Translations under genes and position numbers: made by a program
Shown here: positions 1 through 8,355 of the stretch, one piece after another
Numbering within the stretch: the first letter of the stretch is position 1
Layout: every line of letters starts with the position of its first letter
The notes under the pieces: model-generated
Told to the model about the DNA's origin: nothing
Database searches by the model: none
Seen by the model: only the letters and a program-made list of their open reading frames with translations
Virus record (IMG/VR): IMGVR_UViG_3300044984_001537
Span: 1-55,334 of that record
DNA length: 55,334 bases
DNA from: a virus
Lineage: Duplodnaviria; Caudoviricetes
Strand: one strand, 5' to 3'

Positions 1-4
1 GACA

Positions 5-601
5 ATGTTCATGGATCGTTATGTAACAACTGATACTGGTACCGGTGTAACCCGTCAATATGAGGGTAAGACCTGGTGGTTGAAGAAGGGTAAAGCTCCT
101 TCGGCAGCTCCAGATCCAACTGGCCTTAAGGGTTCTAACCATGGTTGGGGCCTTGCTATTGACCTTGGTTATGACCAGGGCGGCAAGACTGCTTCGTTTG
201 GTGTGAACGTTCCTGCATTCCAGTGGATGTGCGCTAACGCTCCCAAGTATGGTTTCTACCTTCAGGGTAATAACCCTTCCTCTAAAGAGTTTGAAGCTTG
301 GCACTGGCAGTACGCTCTCGGTGATGCTTCTCCTGATGGTTCAGTACAGGCCGCCCCAGCAGCAGCTCCAGCCGCTCCAGCACCCGCTGGCGGTGGAATG
401 AAATTTGATTACCCAGGTGCTCCAGTAGGTCTTGGCTCAAAAGGCGCTGCTGCCTCGCTAGTTCAGGCAATCATTGGAGCAAAAGCAGATGGTGATTTTG
501 GCCCCAAGTCTGTTGCTTCACTTAAGGCTTGGCAAACTGCTAATGGTCTAACTGCGGACGGCTCTGTTGGTCCTGTAACATGGAAGAAGATGTTCGGCTG
601 A
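5..601 (+). CDS. Endolysin: M15 (VanY-like) Zn peptidase plus C-terminal PG_binding_1 domain; probably 5'-truncated by the window
   Basis: SNHGWGLAID matches SxHxxGxAxD and EAWHW matches ExWH; Ala/Pro linker; DGDFGPKS...WQ...GLTADGSVGPVTW is a peptidoglycan-binding signature; the frame is open back to base 2. Confidence 0.9.
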   Translation: MFMDRYVTTDTGTGVTRQYEGKTWWLKKGKAPSAAPDPTGLKGSNHGWGLAIDLGYDQGGKTASFGVNVPAFQWMCANAPKYGFYLQGNNPSSKEFEAWHWQYALGDASPDGSVQAAPAAAPAAPAPAGGGMKFDYPGAPVGLGSKGAAASLVQAIIGAKADGDFGPKSVASLKAWQTANGLTADGSVGPVTWKKMFG

Positions 602-615
602 TAAGGAGCCTTTAA

Positions 616-1212
616 ATGGCTGTTAAAATTCAATTAAGGCGTGGCGCTACTGGTGACTGGCCGGGTTCCCTAGTACTAGATGCTGGTGAAGTAGGAGTTG
701 ACACTACTACTAAACAGTACAAAGTTGGCGATGGTACAACCACATGGAGTGTTCTGCCATATTGGGGTTCAGGCACTATTACTCAAATTACAGCTGGTAC
801 TGGTCTTAAATTAAACACTGTTGCTGCAGCAACCTCTACTGGAGGTACTGTTACCCTAGATGTTGACACAGCTGTAGTAATGACAAGATCCATTGTAAGT
901 GCAAAAGGGCAAGTAGTAGTTGGTGGAGGCGCTAGCTCACCTGTTGCACTACCAGCGTCTGGAACTAATAACTTTGTACTGGTTGCTGACTCTACTGATG
1001 CAACTTACGGAGTTAAATGGGCACCTATTACAACTGACAACGTTACAAGCGCCACATTTGTAAACGCCGATATTGCTACTGGAGCTAATATTTCTGCAGC
1101 AAAACTTGCTGGTGTGATGGTTAACGGTGCAGGTACAGCAAACGCAACAATCACTATTTCAACTGCTGCACCTTCTGGTGGCACAGCGGGAGATATCTGG
1201 TTTAAGTACTAA
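616..1212 (+). CDS. Fibre/minor structural protein with Mtd-N-like N-terminal domain
   Basis: N-terminus KIQLRRG...W...L.AGEVGVDTTT.QYKVGDGTT.W..LPY is typical of this domain; C-terminal PSGGTAGDIWFKY; AAGGAG RBS. Confidence 0.75.
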   Translation: MAVKIQLRRGATGDWPGSLVLDAGEVGVDTTTKQYKVGDGTTTWSVLPYWGSGTITQITAGTGLKLNTVAAATSTGGTVTLDVDTAVVMTRSIVSAKGQVVVGGGASSPVALPASGTNNFVLVADSTDATYGVKWAPITTDNVTSATFVNADIATGANISAAKLAGVMVNGAGTANATITISTAAPSGGTAGDIWFKY

Positions 1213-2870
1213 TGCCTACTTACGTACATAACGGTACAGCATTTCAAGAGTTAACCGGTACTGACCAGCCATTCGTTAATGTTGCTGGTACTTTTCAAGG
1301 TGTCAAAAATGTGTATGTATACGCATCTGGTGCATGGAGAACAGTTTACGAATACGATATAACAGCTCCAACAATTCCAACTCCTACTGTAGTTAACGCA
1401 ACTACATCTCACACTGTTTCATGGACTGCCCTTAGTGATAATGCTTCTGGTGCAGTTTCTGCAACTCTCTATCAACGCTTTGTTGGTTCAACATCAGGAA
1501 ATGTTGCTGGTAGTTCATATGTACTTCCCTCTTTTGGTGCTAGCAGCACTTCCCTTAGCGTTCCTTTGAACCGTAGAAAACAAGGAGCAGGTGAGTCATG
1601 GTCAGCGTACTACTATATTGTTGCTACTGACGCCGCAGGTAACACTGGTACTGGTTCTAACTCCGCAAGTATGGCTACAACACCATATGACATAGTTAAC
1701 CCAACTATCGCATCATTGTCTGCCGCTGATACAACTGGTGCATATAAAACCGATTCTGGTATGCAGAGAGTTACTTGGGGTGCTATTGCAGATGACAACA
1801 CGGGGGTTGCTTCAGCAACACTTCAGAGATGGTTCTATGACTCAAATGGTACATGGCAAGGTGCCGACACATATAATATTGGTGGTTCATTAGGTGGCTC
1901 ATATCTTGACTTGAGCGTTCCTACTAGCCGCCGTAAACAGGGTTCTGGGGTTACTTGGTATGCCTATTACCGTGTTACCGTTGTAGATAACGCTGGTAAT
2001 ACCGCAACTGCAGATGCTGGTGGTTACCAGACCGCAGCATACGACGTAGTTGCCCCAACTGTGCCTAAGCCCACAGTAACTTCAGGTGGTTCAAGCGATA
2101 CAATTTCATGGACTGCTGTAACTGATGATAATACTGGCGTTGCTTCAGCTACTCTATACCAAGCCGTTTATAACGTAACTGCTAATACTTATACCAATAA
2201 GTATGCGTCTGTTTCTATTGGTACTGGCGGGGCTAGCAACACTACTATGTCTATTCCTACTGGAATTCGTAACACCCCAACAGGTGATCATTACCAAGTT
2301 TATTATTGGATTAGTGCAACAGACAACGCTGGCAACACAGTTAATGGTGACCAAAACGGGCAGTTCTCTGCATTTGTTAACACGAAACCTCTCGGTACAT
2401 ACTTATTTGGTCCCAGTAGTGCTAACACACGCAACATTGGTAACACAGCTTGGCTTAACCCAGGTGAAGGTATGGTTGGTGTATCAACTACTAGACTATA
2501 TGGTTGCTGGTTCTATGGCGATAACACAATTAAAAATGCCTGTAAGGGCTGGGACGCCAATAGTGGCACTATTTTTATTAAACGCCCAGCGACACCAGAC
2601 GTTAACCGAGGTAACACCGGAACATTCTCCTTGATGACTCACAACCTAGGTAGTGCAGGAGCAACTGGAGCCACGTTTGGCGGAACCGTGTTAGAACAGT
2701 ATCTAAGTGGTGAAGGTGCAAGCGCATACAAAGCATTAGACGCCACAGCAATTTCAAGATTACGTTCAGGAGATGGTCAAGGATTTGGTCTACATAGTCA
2801 CAGTAACGCACCAGGTTTCCTTCTTGGTCAGAGTGCTTACTCAGGACTAATTACACTAGTTTATAACTAA
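1212..2870 (+). CDS. Fibre/receptor-binding-like protein with three Ig/Fn3-like repeats
   Basis: Three copies of YDxxxPT...SW/TW.A..D...G..SATL...Y...(A/V)xDxAGNT; Thr/Ser/Gly-rich; TAATG coupling to the upstream gene. Confidence 0.7.
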   Translation: MPTYVHNGTAFQELTGTDQPFVNVAGTFQGVKNVYVYASGAWRTVYEYDITAPTIPTPTVVNATTSHTVSWTALSDNASGAVSATLYQRFVGSTSGNVAGSSYVLPSFGASSTSLSVPLNRRKQGAGESWSAYYYIVATDAAGNTGTGSNSASMATTPYDIVNPTIASLSAADTTGAYKTDSGMQRVTWGAIADDNTGVASATLQRWFYDSNGTWQGADTYNIGGSLGGSYLDLSVPTSRRKQGSGVTWYAYYRVTVVDNAGNTATADAGGYQTAAYDVVAPTVPKPTVTSGGSSDTISWTAVTDDNTGVASATLYQAVYNVTANTYTNKYASVSIGTGGASNTTMSIPTGIRNTPTGDHYQVYYWISATDNAGNTVNGDQNGQFSAFVNTKPLGTYLFGPSSANTRNIGNTAWLNPGEGMVGVSTTRLYGCWFYGDNTIKNACKGWDANSGTIFIKRPATPDVNRGNTGTFSLMTHNLGSAGATGATFGGTVLEQYLSGEGASAYKALDATAISRLRSGDGQGFGLHSHSNAPGFLLGQSAYSGLITLVYN

Positions 2871-2885
2871 AAGAGGTAACACAAA

Positions 2886-3608
2886 ATGGCAATGGACCCA
2901 GATATTGCGGCAAGACTAGCTCGATACGCAAAAGAACGTAGAACAAGAAGTTATCTAGATGATGAACCCCTAGAGGGCACTGGTTGGACTAAAGAACTAG
3001 ATGAAATGCGTGAACTTGAGTTTGACCCAAATGACGCTCCCGACTATGACTGGGAAAACGACGTTGAAGTAACTGACGACAACTACACCAAAGATGAAAA
3101 ACAACGCATCCAAAAACTATGTGAAGAACTGGCAGCAAAAGTAAAAACAAAATTAAATGAAGTTACGTCAGTTGCGTACAACCCAGAAGGTTATGAAGGC
3201 CTGGGTTCTAGTAGTAGAGTTACAGCATTTAGATTTCAACCAAACAAGGGATTCAGTTGTTCTGACATTAAAAAACTAGATAATTATGTAGAATTAGTTG
3301 AGTCCGGGGATGTAGAATCTGTAATAAGCGCTATTAAAGATGATGAATCCCTAGAAGGTGTTGTTTGGGTAAAGTTTTATAAGCATGGTACAGAAGTTGA
3401 TTATGGTACAAACGGTAATCTTACTTACAAAACTTTTGAGTTTTTTAAAGAAGGAGGATCACTTGGAAGTTATGGTAATGCTGTTAGAACAGTATTAGAG
3501 CCTTTTGGGTATACTGTAGCTTACGGTAGCCCAGGTCAAGCTAATCAAGAGACGTATACAGAATTAAGAGATATGGTTTCACAATCAGGAGTTAACCCTG
3601 ATGACTAG
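2886..3608 (+). CDS. Hypothetical protein, acidic N-terminus, possible split KTSC-like domain
   Basis: SSSRVTAFRF...VWVKFYKHG..VDYG...YKTFEFFKEGGSLGSY resembles the KTSC pattern; GAGGT RBS. Confidence 0.45.
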   Translation: MAMDPDIAARLARYAKERRTRSYLDDEPLEGTGWTKELDEMRELEFDPNDAPDYDWENDVEVTDDNYTKDEKQRIQKLCEELAAKVKTKLNEVTSVAYNPEGYEGLGSSSRVTAFRFQPNKGFSCSDIKKLDNYVELVESGDVESVISAIKDDESLEGVVWVKFYKHGTEVDYGTNGNLTYKTFEFFKEGGSLGSYGNAVRTVLEPFGYTVAYGSPGQANQETYTELRDMVSQSGVNPDD

Positions 3609-3626
3609 AGATTGAAAGACGTTTAG

Positions 3627-3959
3627 ATGTTTATAATAAGTTTATGTATTTTAATGATAATAATAGGGTCATACTTCCTGTTTAGGAACACACTAAATAA
3701 ACTGCAATATTTAGGTCCTATTTATTGGATTACAAGAGATAACACCAGCTTAACGGCCCCTTTTATATCTATCGGTTTTATGCGCCAGATTGCCCCACCT
3801 TGGAAAATAGGTAAAGGTATTCAAGTTTCGTACAAAAACTATTCATTTCAAGTAGGATTTTGTCGTAAGTCCACCCATACTGATGAAACATCAGGTATCC
3901 TAGGGGCATTAGGTGGAAGATACCTAGATGATGGTGCTGATACAATCCGAAAGTGGTAA
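3627..3959 (+). CDS. Hypothetical protein with N-terminal membrane anchor
   Basis: Hydrophobic first ~19 aa; sits in operon context. Confidence 0.6.
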   Translation: MFIISLCILMIIIGSYFLFRNTLNKLQYLGPIYWITRDNTSLTAPFISIGFMRQIAPPWKIGKGIQVSYKNYSFQVGFCRKSTHTDETSGILGALGGRYLDDGADTIRKW

Positions 3960-3961
3960 CA

Positions 3962-4183
3962 ATGTTTTTTAAAAAAGCAGATGAGCCAATTAAGAAGATC
4001 AAAAGAATTGAGCGTTCTGACACTCCAACACTCATTAATTGGATGGATGCTACTATTATGGGGCTAGGTAAATCATTTGATGATTGGCGTTTTAAGGATC
4101 TGCCTGAATCAGAAGTAACTCAGCATATAGATATTTTAAAGTCACTATGGACTGAAATATCAGAACGTATGACAGAAAAGTAG
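3962..4183 (+). CDS. Hypothetical protein
   Basis: ATG 2 nt after the upstream stop; fills the gap in the operon. Confidence 0.6.
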   Translation: MFFKKADEPIKKIKRIERSDTPTLINWMDATIMGLGKSFDDWRFKDLPESEVTQHIDILKSLWTEISERMTEK

Positions 4184-4191
4184 GTAATGAA

Positions 4192-4488
4192 ATGCACAAG
4201 CCAAATATGGATAAAGGTAATTTAAACCCTTCACGTAAGGCTATTTTGCGTAGTAACACCAGAGATAACTCATACTTAAATGAGTTAGTGGACCACCTTA
4301 ACCATTTGGGTTACGACTTTGGATGTGTATCTAGCATTATTTCCAGCACTCCTGATATGTCTACTTACCTTGTAAGTCTTCCTGACCTGTTCTACTTAGT
4401 AGATAGAATCAATGAATCACTTGGAATGCCCAAGAAACCTCTTGAAGTACCTGATCAAGGCGTATTGTTTACTGACGATGCTCTATAA
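4192..4488 (+). CDS. Hypothetical protein upstream of the terminase
   Basis: ORF with AGGT RBS in operon context. Confidence 0.55.
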   Translation: MHKPNMDKGNLNPSRKAILRSNTRDNSYLNELVDHLNHLGYDFGCVSSIISSTPDMSTYLVSLPDLFYLVDRINESLGMPKKPLEVPDQGVLFTDDAL

Positions 4489-4497
4489 TTAGAGCAT
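4478..4497 (+). promoter_or_regulatory. TATAAT -10 box inside a perfect 8-bp inverted repeat that overlaps the terminase start codon
   Basis: ATGCTCTA-TAAT-TAGAGCAT; TATAAT at 4484-4489 lies 6 nt before ATG 4496; no clear SD. Confidence 0.55.
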
Positions 4498-6055
4498 GCA
4501 GGAACTACTAGAAGATGGGTCCACGCCTGAAGACATTCAGGCAGTTGAACTAGACGAAACATCACAAGAATTTATTGACCAGCTTGTTTTAAAGCTTATT
4601 CTTTTTACGGAAGAATTCTGTAACGTAACCTTCTTCCCCTATCAGGTTCCTATTGCTTACCGAGTAATTGAGTCAATAGTTATTGGTGATGGTGAAGAAT
4701 TGACTTTGGTAGCTACTCGACAGTCTGGTAAGTCAGAAGTCCTATCTAATGTTTTAGCATCAATGATGGTTATCCTTCCTAAGCTTTCAAAGGTCTATCC
4801 AACCTGGTTAGGTAAGTTTGAAAAGGGGTTTTGGTGTGGTGTTTTTGCCCCGGTTGAAGATCAGGCCGACACCGTGTTTAGCCGAATTGTCAACAAGCTC
4901 ACTAGTGAACACGCTATGGACTTCCTTCTTGACCCAGAAATTGACGATAAAGCTACGTCAGGTGGTTCACGAGGTAAAGGTAGAATCATCAGTCTTAAGC
5001 ACTCTGGTTCCCTTTGCCGTATGCAGACCTGTAACCCTAAAGCAAAGATTGAGTCTAAGACCTACCACTTTGTACTTATTGACGAAGCTCAAGAAGCTGA
5101 TGAGTACATGATTGCAAAATCAATTAAACCCATGTTGGCGTTCAATAACGGGTCTATTGCACTAACTGGTACGGCTACTCGTAACAAGTCATACTTTTAT
5201 AAAATGATTCAATTTAATAAACGCAGAGATGTAAATAGTAAACGTAATCATAGGCAATGCCATTTTGAGTACGACTGGCGAACCGCTGCAAAGTATAACG
5301 AAAACTATGCTAAGTTTATAGGTAAAGAGAAGGTAAGAATCGGAGAAGATTCCGACGAATTCCAGATGTCCTACTGTAACAAGTGGGTCCTTGAAAAAGG
5401 TATGTTTGTTAGTGATGACCGACTTTCTCGTATGTACGACGTTTCAATGGGACTTGTTAAACAGTGGTGGCGTACACCAGTAGTTGTAGGAATTGACGTA
5501 GCTCGTTCAAATGACTCTACTGTTGTTACAGTCTGCTGGGTTGACTGGGATCGCCCTGATGGGTTTGGCTTTTACGAGCATAGAATTCTTAATTGGTTAG
5601 AAATTAACAATGAAGAATGGGAATCTCAGTATTTTGAAATTATTGATTTCTTAAGAAACTATAATGTATACCGTATTGGTGTGGATTCCCAGGGTGTTGG
5701 TGGAGCAGTTGCAGAACGCTTACAAATACTTATGCCTAAGATTGATGTAGTAGCTGTTACTTCTGACGCTAAGACTCAAAATGATCGTTGGGTACATTTA
5801 ACTGAGTTAATCCAACGTGATCAACTAGTTATTCCTGGCCACTCTAAGGCACGGCGTACACGAAGTTGGAAGCGTTTTAACCAACAAATGTCTGACCTTG
5901 AAAAGGTGTACAGAGGACCATACATGTTGGCTGCTGCACCTGAAGAAAAAGGTGCTTTTGATGACTTCCCAGACAGCCTAGCAATAGCTTGCGCTATGTC
6001 AGTATTAGACACAATGCCAATGGTTAGTGTCTCTGATAACCCATTCTTCAGATAA
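4496..6055 (+). CDS. terL: Terminase large subunit
   Basis: Walker A ATRQSGKS, Walker B VLIDEAQE, motif C TGT, nuclease motifs VVGIDVAR and DDFPDS. Confidence 0.95.
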   Translation: MQELLEDGSTPEDIQAVELDETSQEFIDQLVLKLILFTEEFCNVTFFPYQVPIAYRVIESIVIGDGEELTLVATRQSGKSEVLSNVLASMMVILPKLSKVYPTWLGKFEKGFWCGVFAPVEDQADTVFSRIVNKLTSEHAMDFLLDPEIDDKATSGGSRGKGRIISLKHSGSLCRMQTCNPKAKIESKTYHFVLIDEAQEADEYMIAKSIKPMLAFNNGSIALTGTATRNKSYFYKMIQFNKRRDVNSKRNHRQCHFEYDWRTAAKYNENYAKFIGKEKVRIGEDSDEFQMSYCNKWVLEKGMFVSDDRLSRMYDVSMGLVKQWWRTPVVVGIDVARSNDSTVVTVCWVDWDRPDGFGFYEHRILNWLEINNEEWESQYFEIIDFLRNYNVYRIGVDSQGVGGAVAERLQILMPKIDVVAVTSDAKTQNDRWVHLTELIQRDQLVIPGHSKARRTRSWKRFNQQMSDLEKVYRGPYMLAAAPEEKGAFDDFPDSLAIACAMSVLDTMPMVSVSDNPFFR

Positions 6056-6068
6056 TCATGCCAAAACG

Positions 6069-6077
6069 TGGTAATCT
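6069..6077 (+). promoter_or_regulatory. Extended -10 promoter candidate
   Basis: TGGTAATCT (TGnTANNNT) in the intergenic gap before an AGGAGG RBS. Confidence 0.45.
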
Positions 6078-6113
6078 AAATATACAAACTTCCATTCCAC
6101 TAGGAGGAAAACT

Positions 6114-6515
6114 ATGGCTGTAGGCCCCACCCCCATGTTCCCTGAAAAGCACTCTCCAATGTTTGAGCGTTCAATGGCTGCAAGCATTCCTGGCAACCGC
6201 GGACCACTTCGTTTTGAAGAAGGTATTGCAACTGACACTGACGTTCCGTATGAATTTGGTGTAGGTGCTTATGAAGATACTGCTCCGTCTCCTGGTCGTG
6301 AAAATCACACCAATCCTGAGATGTTCTTCAAGTACCCAGAAGAAACCATGCGTGAGCGTGCTCATGTTGGTTCAGCTTCTTGGGTTGAAGCTCCTCAGCA
6401 CCTTCAGGAGTTTGTTCAGGGTAGCATGGCCGGCGACAGTATGCCGCAATTTGAATTCTCCTATAACACGGGTGGCAAGATGAATCTGCCAAACCCGACT
6501 GTTGTTTCTGGCTGA
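6114..6515 (+). CDS. Hypothetical protein, possibly virion-associated
   Basis: Strong AGGAGG RBS; lies between terminase and portal. Confidence 0.7.
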   Translation: MAVGPTPMFPEKHSPMFERSMAASIPGNRGPLRFEEGIATDTDVPYEFGVGAYEDTAPSPGRENHTNPEMFFKYPEETMRERAHVGSASWVEAPQHLQEFVQGSMAGDSMPQFEFSYNTGGKMNLPNPTVVSG

Positions 6516-6519
6516 GATC

Positions 6520-6553
6520 TGGTAGAGTAGATGCTCCGCACTTAAGGAGCATC
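6520..6553 (+). promoter_or_regulatory. Extended -10 box followed by a hairpin that covers the SD
   Basis: TGGTAGAGT at 6520-6528; GATGCTCC (6530-6537) pairs with GGAGCATC (6546-6553), which contains the SD. Confidence 0.5.
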
Positions 6554-6554
6554 A

Positions 6555-6716
6555 ATGACCCCTCATCAACTAGATCTACTTTCAAAGTACCTTCAGCGAG
6601 TTGTCGCTAGAGGAACAGAAGAAGAACAAGAATTGTATTCATTAATACAATCAGTAACACGCTTGTCAAACTCCTGCAATAATGTGTATACTAAAGAAGG
6701 CAAAACAGCCGCATAA
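6555..6716 (+). CDS. 53-aa hypothetical protein (not in ORF track)
   Basis: AAGGAG RBS; MTPHQLDLLSKYLQRVVARG...GKTAA*. Confidence 0.65.
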   Translation: MTPHQLDLLSKYLQRVVARGTEEEQELYSLIQSVTRLSNSCNNVYTKEGKTAA

Positions 6717-6757
6717 CAACTGCTGGTATTCCAGTGGGGTAACACAAGGAGTATCAC

Positions 6758-7033
6758 ATGTCCGATTCCTCAAGTCTAATTGCAGACTTAACGGAGCGAC
6801 AAGCGAATGCACTTCGTCAAAAGTGCTCGTTTACTCGCATAAAAGAAAGCATGACTCCAGACGAGCATGCTGCAGTAAACAAAGCTGAAGAAGAAATCAA
6901 AGTAGATACTGGGAATGGCAGAGCAAAGACTTACTCCTGTTCCTGGTTATCTGAAGTTCTTACAAAAAATGGTTATCCAGTAAGCTCTAGCACCATCTCC
7001 CGTCATATGAACGGTCGGTGTGGCTGTGAGTAA
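6758..7033 (+). CDS. Small HTH-like protein with probable metal-binding Cys/His
   Basis: AAGGAG RBS; WLSEVLTKNGYPVSSSTISRH is HTH-like; ends RCGCE; an earlier Cys in KCS. Confidence 0.65.
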   Translation: MSDSSSLIADLTERQANALRQKCSFTRIKESMTPDEHAAVNKAEEEIKVDTGNGRAKTYSCSWLSEVLTKNGYPVSSSTISRHMNGRCGCE

Positions 7034-8018
7034 TCTGGTATCTGCTTTGTCAACTAGTTCATCAAACAGACCTGAATGGCCTTTAGTACAACCTGGTCCT
7101 TCAGTAAAAATGCCAACAATTAAAGTTAAGCCTTCATCAAACGCCTCAGGTTACCAAACTTGCGTAGTCCTTCCGGATATGCAGATTGGTTATTTCCGTG
7201 CCCGTAACGGTGAATTAGAGGCCACTCATGACGAACACGCCATTGAGATGGCTTTAGCTATCACAAAATCACTTAATCCAGACATGATTGTTCTAGTTGG
7301 AGACAACCTGGACTTCCCTGAATTTGGTAAATACCGCCTTAGTAGTGCTTATGCACTAACTACACAAGCGTCTATTGACCGTGCTACAACCCTTGGAGCA
7401 CAGCTGCGGACGTATGCTCCTAACGCTAAGATTGTATGGCTAGCTGGAAACCATGAAGAAAGATTGGTGAACTTTGTACTCGATAACGCGAAAGCTGCTT
7501 TTGGGATTCGTAAAGGTAATACGCCAGAGTCCTGGCCTGTGCTTAGCATTCCTTATCTCTGTCGTTTCGACGATTACGGGATACATTATGTACCGGGCTA
7601 TCCAGCTGGACAATTTTGGATCAATGAAAAACTCCGCGTCATCCACGGCACAAAAGTACGCAGTAACGGGTCGACAGCGCATGCCTACCTCAACACAGAA
7701 AAAACATCAGTCCTATATGGTCACATCCACCGGCGTGAATGGGCTGAACGGTCCCGTGACGATTGGGATGGTGCAAAGACCATCATGGCCGCATCCCCTG
7801 GTACGTTGGCAAGATGCGACGGCACCGTCCCATCTACCAAAGGATCAATCGACCTGGACGGTAGACCTATGACCATTGTAGAAGACTGGCAGCAAGGTAT
7901 TGGAATAGTCACCTTTGAACCAGGCGATGGTGCGTTTTGGTATGAACAAGTGCCGTTTCATAACGGGTCGGCCTTTTTTAGAGGGAAGTTTTATAATGCA
8001 GAGAAAAAAGAAAGTTGA
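7026..8018 (+). CDS. Calcineurin-like metallophosphoesterase
   Basis: Motifs PDMQ, GDNLD, GNHE, HG and GHIH; GTG start is uncertain (7020 or 7026). Confidence 0.9.
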   Translation: MSNLVSALSTSSSNRPEWPLVQPGPSVKMPTIKVKPSSNASGYQTCVVLPDMQIGYFRARNGELEATHDEHAIEMALAITKSLNPDMIVLVGDNLDFPEFGKYRLSSAYALTTQASIDRATTLGAQLRTYAPNAKIVWLAGNHEERLVNFVLDNAKAAFGIRKGNTPESWPVLSIPYLCRFDDYGIHYVPGYPAGQFWINEKLRVIHGTKVRSNGSTAHAYLNTEKTSVLYGHIHRREWAERSRDDWDGAKTIMAASPGTLARCDGTVPSTKGSIDLDGRPMTIVEDWQQGIGIVTFEPGDGAFWYEQVPFHNGSAFFRGKFYNAEKKES

Positions 8019-8355
8019 TAGTCCAATAACTCCACAGTTAGCTATTGTTACTTGGCTAGATGCGTTTGACGGACCAACAGGTTGGATGGACCCCAAGTCC
8101 TACAAACCTAACCCAATACGACCAATAAGTATTGGTTGGGTTATTCCAGATTTCTTAGATGACTATATAACCCTTGCCGGAACATTCCTTGTTGATACTA
8201 ACGAAGAAAACAAAGAATCTAAAGCGGAATATTATAGCAATCCTGCTCATATCCCACTTAAAATGGTACAATCAATAACATACATTGATGCACCTATTGA
8301 CATAGTTGCCTTAATGTTGTCCGATTTTAACACCAGGGGTTTTAATGCCGATTGA
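7996..8355 (+). CDS. Hypothetical phage protein with WxDA motif
   Basis: IVTWLDA...GW...SIGWV...IP..MV..I pattern; overlaps both neighbours; start uncertain. Confidence 0.6.
   Translation: MQRKKKVDSPITPQLAIVTWLDAFDGPTGWMDPKSYKPNPIRPISIGWVIPDFLDDYITLAGTFLVDTNEENKESKAEYYSNPAHIPLKMVQSITYIDAPIDIVALMLSDFNTRGFNAD

Noticed and set aside
616-1212. Mtd-N-like domain as a sign of a diversity-generating retroelement
   Set aside because: No reverse transcriptase and no template/variable repeat pair were seen in the window
6682-6888. 68-aa ORF and similar short overlapping ORFs in the track (e.g. 2203-2634, 13438-14004, 30865-31407, 47905-48393)
   Set aside because: They are off-frame or antisense overlaps of better supported genes, without RBS or motifs
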